In this document: positions 56,641 through 64,000 of the stretch, one piece after another | How positions within the stretch are numbered: the stretch's first letter is position 1 | Layout of the letters: the number at the start of each line of letters is the position of its first letter | Assembly: GCA_964016885.1 (NCBI GenBank) | Contig: OZ024743.1 | Span: forward strand, 228,160,001 to 228,224,000 | Reading direction: 5' to 3' | Origin: Eledone cirrhosa | Taxonomy: Eukaryota | DNA: 64,000 nt | Position numbers and translations under genes: made by a program | The notes under the pieces: model-generated | What the model saw: the letters and a program-made list of their open reading frames with translations, nothing else | The model's database searches: none | What the model was told of the DNA's origin: nothing

Positions 56641-57280
56641 ATAGCTAGATGGATTCAGAGATAGATGGTTAGATGGATGGATATATCGATAGCTAGATGG
56701 ATTGGGGGGGGGGAGGCTGGAGAGCAGATAGATAGCTAGCTGGATGGATTCAGAGATAGATGGTTAGATGGATGGATATATCGATAGCTAGATGGATTGG
56801 GGGGGGGGGGAGGCTGGAGAGCAGATAGATAGCTAGCTGGATGGATTCAGAGATAGATGGTTAGATGGATGGATATATCGATAGCTAGATGGATTGGGGG
56901 GGGGGGGGCTGGAGAGCAGATAGCTAGCTAGCTGGATGGATTCAGAGATAGATGGTTAGATGGATGGATATATCGATAGCTAGATGGATTGGGGGGGGGG
57001 GGCTGGAGAGCAGATAGCTAGCTAGCTGGATGGATTCAGAGATAGATGGTTAGATGGATGGATATATCGATAGCTAGATGGATTGGGGGGGGGGGGGGGG
57101 GGGGCTGGAGAGCAGATAGATAGCTAGCTGGATGGATTCAGAGATAGATGGTTGGATAGATGGATATATCGATAGCTAGATGGATTGGGGGGGGGGGGGC
57201 TGGAGAGCAGATAGATAGCTAGCTGGATGGATTCAGAGATAGATGGTTGGATAGATGGATATATCGATAGATAGCTGGAT
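56641..57280 (+). repeat. ~95-bp minisatellite with poly-G run in each unit (~6.5 copies)
   Basis: Unit GATGGATTCAGAGATAGATGGTTAGATGGATGGATATATCGATAGCTAGATGGATT-G(10-20)-(AGG)CTGGAGAGCAGATAGATAGCTAGCTG; six G runs. Confidence 0.92.
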
Positions 57281-58856
57281 GGATAGAGGCGTTGGTTGTT
57301 TGGGTGGCTTGCTGGAGAGATAGGTAAATTTCTTTATTAGCCACAAGGGCACAAAAGAAGGGGACAAATACAAAAGGGGAGTTTACATACAGGTATATGA
57401 AAATAAAACTATTAATAAAACAACAAATAACAATTGAAATCCTCAATAGCAGGGAGGCATTACACAGGGGTTGTACACACCCCGATAGATAACTAGATGG
57501 ATTCAGAGATAGATGGTTGGATGGATATATCGATGGTTGGATGGATATATCGATGGATGGATGGATATATCGATAGATAGATGGATTTATTGATGGATTA
57601 GATGCATAGATAGAGGGATTGGTTGTTTGGGTGGCTGGCTGGAGAAATAGATAGATGGCTGGATGGATTCAGAGATAGATGTTTGGATGGATATATCAAT
57701 AGCTAGATGGATTTATAGATGGATAGATGGATGAATATTTGGGTGGATGCAATGATACATAGATGGTTTGATATATATATAGATAGTTAGGCAGAAGTAT
57801 GTATGGATAGAGACATAGATAGATGGATGGATGGATGGATGGTTGATTGTTTGGTTGGTTGGATAGATACATACTTCTAAAGAGTAAGAGGTACCGTATT
57901 CTAATTTTATCTATTGCTGACCCTACAACACATTATCTTTGAGGTCTAAATTATTTCCTGATATTGTGGCTTGTTCTATTTTATCTTTGTAGTCAGTTAT
58001 TAATTCTTTATTATTGCTGCTGCTGTTGTTGTTGATGTTTGTTGTTGTTGTTGCTTGTCATGTTGATGCTTGTTGTTGTAGATATGTTCTTGTTGTTAAT
58101 GTTGTTGTTGTTGTCAATGTTTGTCGTTTAAAAAAACACAAAACATTACATTGTAAAAAGAAGGGGATGATGATGATTGAAGGGAAAGGACAAAGGCTGT
58201 TAGTCATCATCATCATCATCATGTTGGTATTGATTAAATTTATTAAATTTCTTTCATTTATATATATTTCATTGCTATTTTTCATTATTATTATTATTAT
58301 TATTATTATATTTAACATCTGATAGACATCTCTGTTGAATAAGAAAAACTCATTTCACAAATATATTCATATTTTTCTCTATTAATTCTTCCCCACACCA
58401 CCATTAAACCAGAAAATTAAAATCCAAATAGAATAAAAAAATAAAATAAAACAGTGAAAACAACTTCCTCAAATACAAACACACACATATATACATATAT
58501 ATATACACTCATATATTTCTACTTACACTCATATACTTCTACTTACACACACATATAACTATATATAGATACATACATACATAGAAATCAGCCAATTTTT
58601 GTTTTGATTTTTACATATATTTTGCATTATATTTAAATTTCAATATATATATATCCATTCTTTAATTTTGGGGTCTTAAATAAAACTCAATGTTGTTATA
58701 ATGTCTGATTTGTTAATGTTCTTGTTGTTGTTATCTCGGTTTAATATAATATAAACACAACAAAAAAGAACGATGGAAAATAGTCACCCCATTCTCATTC
58801 AACTTCACTCCTTTCTTACAAACACAACCACTCCACACACACAAATATACATAGAT

Positions 58857-58903
<47 letters not shown>

Positions 58904-59954
58904 CATATATATATATATGCACACACAAAATTTAAAGATAATATTCAATGTTGTCTCATGTTAGTGATTGATACGCCCCGACAATTCTTTAAAGTTTCCT
59001 TTAACATCTTCTCCCTGAATAGTTTATGACAATAACATAGTTTATCTCCAACGCCAACCTAACCAACTACTTCAACCCACCCACCTAGCCCATCTTGCTC
59101 TCACCATGGAATACAAATGGATTCTTTATTCTTACTTAATGCCAGAGTTAGATGGTAAGCTAACAATCAGCTTTCTATTTTCTTAACCCTTTTGTTACCA
59201 TATTTCTCACAAAAATATAATGCTTTTGTATTTTAATTATCCAAGTAGTCAATAATTATTATTGGTTTTCTGAAATAACTAACTTTCAACTTATTAATGA
59301 TCTCTAGTTTAGGTACAAAGCCAGCAAGTTTAGAGTGAAAGACAAAGTTGATTAAATCAACTCCAGTATTTGACTGGTACTTTATGATTGACATCAGAAG
59401 GATGAAAGCAAAGTTGACCTTGACGGAATTTGAGCTTAGAATATAAAGAGTCAGAAAAATACAAAAATGACATTTTATCTGATGCTCTAGCGCTTCTGCT
59501 AATCCACAAAAATATTTCATTACGATGTAACAATGATATTTTAGTTCAAGATCTAGTTTTGTTCAGGCTAGTGTTAAAAATGTTTAATTCTTGATGGGAT
59601 GAGACAGGAGCTTACTATTGTTTGTGTATGTTGGATCACTAATAGTTCCAATGACTAGTGTTCCAGTTATTTGAACACGGAAAGAGCTTGCTTGTGAAAT
59701 TAACATGCAAGTGGCTGAACATACCACATAAACATATACTTTTAACAATGTTCTTTGGGAGATTCAGCATGGCACAGTTTATGACAAAGCTGATTTTACA
59801 GTGCTAAGTAAACAAGAAATAATCTACCCCTGGATAAGAAGCTGCTAATCTCCTATCCCTTCATAACAGCTAGGTGAACTGAGGTTGTATAGAAAGGCAA
59901 TACAATGCTTACAGTAAATTAAAACTGAAACCTTTGAGCAGATATATTAAATAT

Positions 59955-60095
59955 TGCGTTCCTACCTCTGGGATGGTGCTGCTGCTGTAATAGATATTTG
60001 AGACGGCATTGAGAGAAAATCCACGCATCTAATGGTCAATCATAGAAACACTCAAGCTCCTGGCCTACAGACACGTTTTCTCTCTCTCACGTTTT

Positions 60096-60140
<45 letters not shown>

Positions 60141-60365
60141 AATGACTTTGGCTCATCAGAGTTGGTTAATCTCATGCCACCTTCACTCAGACATTTGTCT
60201 CTCTTCTTATAATCCATATTGTGCCAATCTCTCACCCACCACCACTACATCTTACACTAACAACTATACTTAGTCCTTCCTATTTAGATCTGTGGCAATC
60301 TGGAAATCCCTCTCTGCTCAACCAACAACATTTAAATTTAAACATCAGCAGCATCAATCTCTTCA
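59955..60365 (+). mobile_element. Decayed CR1-like LINE RT C-terminal fragment with internal (TAC)n expansion
   Basis: SYLWDGAAA..., F-Y(n)-NDFGSSELVNLMPPSLR; homologous to 34517-34870. Confidence 0.55.
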
Positions 60366-61689
60366 ATCTCAAATGGTTTCTGAATGCCCTTTCTTCCAAA
60401 TATAAAAAAAAGAAAAATTCATACACACACATACATATACACACACCAGTACTCATACATGCAAACATAGTAGCTAAATTGGTATTGTTGATATCCAAGT
60501 CAGTATGGTAGAGCATACTAATAAGTGGCATTCTAACCATGGCCATCTCACTTTTTGTTCCAAGCATAGTCTACCCCGGACTACATTATTCATTGTGCTT
60601 CTGTTTCAAACATGGTTGAGCTTGATTTGAGGGAAATTTCGTTGCAATTTCTAGCAAGTTGATCAACCCTATAGATGTCCACTCAGTGGATTATAGCTTC
60701 AAGGTTCACCTTGTCAGTAACTAAAGCAAAGATAATTAGGAACACTAAATATCTTTTTTCTCAATCAATTTGCTTTAATTTAACTCAATCAATCTTCCTC
60801 CCAAGTTGGCTCTGAATGGGAAATAAATGCATATATACACTAACACTATGTGATAATAGCATAACTATGTTTATAGAACTATCAAACCTACATTAACATG
60901 CAAAAACACACATACATATATGTACATACGCATGCATGTAAACACATGTACATGTACCCACACATATATACATGAACATACACATACCCACCCCACACAC
61001 ACCATAACTTTACACTCCCATCATGGAAGCTGCAAAATGGAAAAGAAAAAAGTTACATTCTTAATCCTTAATTTTTTATAAATATTTTATCAAGAGTGTC
61101 ATCACCATCATGACAACCATCATCAACACCACCATCATGATCACTACCACCGCCACTCCCATCATCACCACATGGGTATTTAGATTATTATTTATTCTTT
61201 TATTCAATTGTATATATTTAAATAAACTTTAGAAAATTGTCTCTTGTATAAAATCATCAGACATAATCCCTCTTTTACTCTCAAACAGATTTTGAGGCTT
61301 AGGCAAAATACTAATGCTTCCTTCTAAGCACCCTACCCACCACAAGAAGGAGTGTGTGTGTGTGGGGGGGGGGGGAGAAGAAGAACAACAACAACAAAAA
61401 CAAAAACAGCAGCAGCAAAAACAGCAAGATTATGTGAAAAAAAAACACCCAATAAACAAGCATATTCAACCCTCCTCCAGTGCACATGCACACACAGATA
61501 TTTAGGGTTTCTCTATATGACCCCTTCCAACTGTGAAAACAACAACACCTTGGCAAACACTTTTCTTCAGTTTTTATCTGATCTGATCCAAGGAATTTAG
61601 TTGGTGTTAGCTGGAAATCTGTCCTCAACCCACACATACAATTACATACACATATATATATATATACACACTACTGTAGATGCTCATAC

Positions 61690-61895
61690 ACATACATACA
61701 AAATATCCTCAGGTATAGATACATACATTCAAAATATCCCCAGGTACATATTCACATGTACATACATACAGAATACCCACCAGTACATATACACACATGC
61801 ATACATACAAAATATCCCCAGGTAGATATTTACACATACATACAAAATACTTCCAGGTATACACACATGCATACATACAGAATACCCTTAAGTAC
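61690..61895 (+). repeat. ~36-40-bp degenerate minisatellite
   Basis: Recurring ACATACATACAAAATATCCC(C)AGGTA(C/T)A units. Confidence 0.7.
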
Positions 61896-62207
61896 ATTCA
61901 CATAGACTATACCAACATCTTATTTATTATTATAAGCTCAACTACTGTTGTTTTTTTTAGATATTTTTATATTTTCTATATATTATTTACTTCTATTTTT
62001 TTTTCTTCAAATCAAAATAGAAAAACCACTTTAACTATTTATGGTTGGTTAATCTTACTGCTTTAAATATTTTAAAATACTAATCTTCTCTAGAAGAATC
62101 TTCAATTTTTGACAGATATTGTTCTTATAGGTTAAGTTCGATTTTATTTTTCAAAGTAGTTTCACATTTTTTTTTTACATTTCACCTTTGACATTTTTTG
62201 GCTCTGG

Positions 62208-62261
<54 letters not shown>

Positions 62262-62345
62262 GTGTGTGCGTGCGTGCACATAAGCATGTATTTATATATA
62301 TTTGTGTATCTATATGTTTGTGTGTGTATATGTGTGTGCGCGTGT

Positions 62346-62377
<32 letters not shown>

Positions 62378-64000
62378 TGTACTCCCTGCCACTTCCCTCA
62401 TTACATTTCCTTGACATTTTTTTTCCTTTCATCTTTCTTTGTTTTGTTTTTTTGTTTTTTTAAAATAAATTTTAGCTATTTCGTAGCTTATATGTTTAAA
62501 AAAATGTCATTTATGTAGGAAAGATGTTCAGTTTTCTTATTTCATTCTATTTTTACATACTGTCTTTTTGCTTAGAATTATAGAAATATTTTTTACCTCT
62601 ACTTCTCATTAAATCCTTCTCTTCCGTAAGCTACAATTAATGTAGGATAATTTTTGTATGAAGTGTATGCATGCATGTTTGTAGACATATATGAGCCAAG
62701 GGTACATATATGTGATCCCTCGACTTGCTAGAAATAGTAACCAAAACCTTTATCATATTACACCCTACCATTTTAATCCTAATGTGACCATATTTCTAAC
62801 AAAATGCAATTACTGTTATCTATTTTGTGCTTTATTTTGCAGTTTTGAAAATAATCAAGAATTTTTTCTTAGTAAAATACTTTTAATTACTTTGTTATCT
62901 CTTTCCTTACCATATTTCTTCTGAAAGACATTTCATATTATTTCAACCAAATTTGAAAACAATAAAAAAAATATTCACAAGGAATTAGTAATATAACTAA
63001 ACTTTCTCATTAAGTTGGTGTTTGGAACATAACAAAACTCACACTCACTAAGAAACAAAGAAATATTGTAGTATATTCTAGAAACTGACTAAAAATACTA
63101 TTATTAAGTTATTCACTGTCAAAGTTTGTTACAAATTATATTGACATTTATCGTGACCATCATCACCACTGCTACAACCATCACAATGATTATCAACTAT
63201 ACTATCATCATTGTCATCATCATCATTATTATTATAGCCATGAATTGAGAGTATCGGTAGAGAATTGGATGCCATGCTTTACAGCATAGTTTTGTCCCTT
63301 TAGGTTCTGAGTTCAAATCCCGCCAAGATTAACTTTGCCTTTCATCCTTACGGGGTCAATAAAATAAAGTACCAGTAACGTACTGGGATAATTACTGGAT
63401 ATGTGCCAAAAGTAGAATCAATTATTAAAGCCATAACTCCACAACCAAAAATATGAATCCTATTTCTCTAGCTTTTCGTATCATATATTGACACCATAAA
63501 GACGGACAACATTAACTCCTTATTACCCTTAATCATTACAACTAGACATTATTATATGCTTCGCGGCAGAGAGTTACGGCCTTTTACGTTCTGAGTTCAA
63601 CTCCAAGTGAGGTTAACTTTGCATTTCATCCTTACAGAGTTGATAAAATCGAGTACCAGTAATACACTGGGGTAGACTTAATCGACTTTGCCTTTCCCCA
63701 AAGGTCGTTGGCCTTGTACCTAAATCAGAAACCATTAAAGTTGTGATTATCTAAGAAATATTGCACCAAAGAAGACAGATTTTATTTTGTTGAATAATAC
63801 GGCTTAGAGATTAGGGTGTTATGTTCAAAATCATGAGGTTGTGACTGATTACCAGACTCGGCAAAACATATACTTGAGCAATACACTTTCATATTACTCC
63901 AGTTAACTCAGCTGGAGAAATGAGTTGTAACGTCACTGGGGCTAAGATGTATTGGCATTTACCATTCACTTGGGCAACATTGGTGGTATATATAGAGAAA

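Overview
Eukaryotic, AT-rich, microsatellite-saturated DNA. The repeat landscape ((TA)n/(CA)n/(TAA)n tracts, tRNA-headed SINEs, RTE and R4/Dong LINEs) suggests a coleoid cephalopod, probably Octopus; this is an inference. Almost all ORFs in the track are microsatellite artefacts. Real coding signals: (1) the first coding exon of an ephrin gene on the minus strand (4044-4198; signal peptide + FYWNASNP + GTAAGT donor), absent from the ORF track, with the rest of the gene not found in the window and probably lying to its left; (2) an uninterrupted RTE-clade LINE (APE + RT, 19514-22648) embedded in (TA)n; (3) a 5'-truncated, disrupted R4/Dong-clade RT-RLE element in a (TAA)n tract (51161-53690); (4) a decayed mariner transposase; (5) an orphan, still open C-terminal fragment of RCC2 (41357-41563). 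The most unusual non-coding signal is a set of short fold-back (palindromic) insertions in (TA)n tracts. Several carry minimal type-I hammerhead-ribozyme-like cores (CUGANGA...GAAA + palindromic stem III) and a shared GAG(C/T)ACTC tail, consistent with Penelope-like pseudo-LTR relics, clustered at 28.3-29.6 kb. Also present: TA-tract-centred inverted duplications, a 28-bp array amplified from a SINE B-box, a poly-G minisatellite and several nested TE insertions with readable TSDs.
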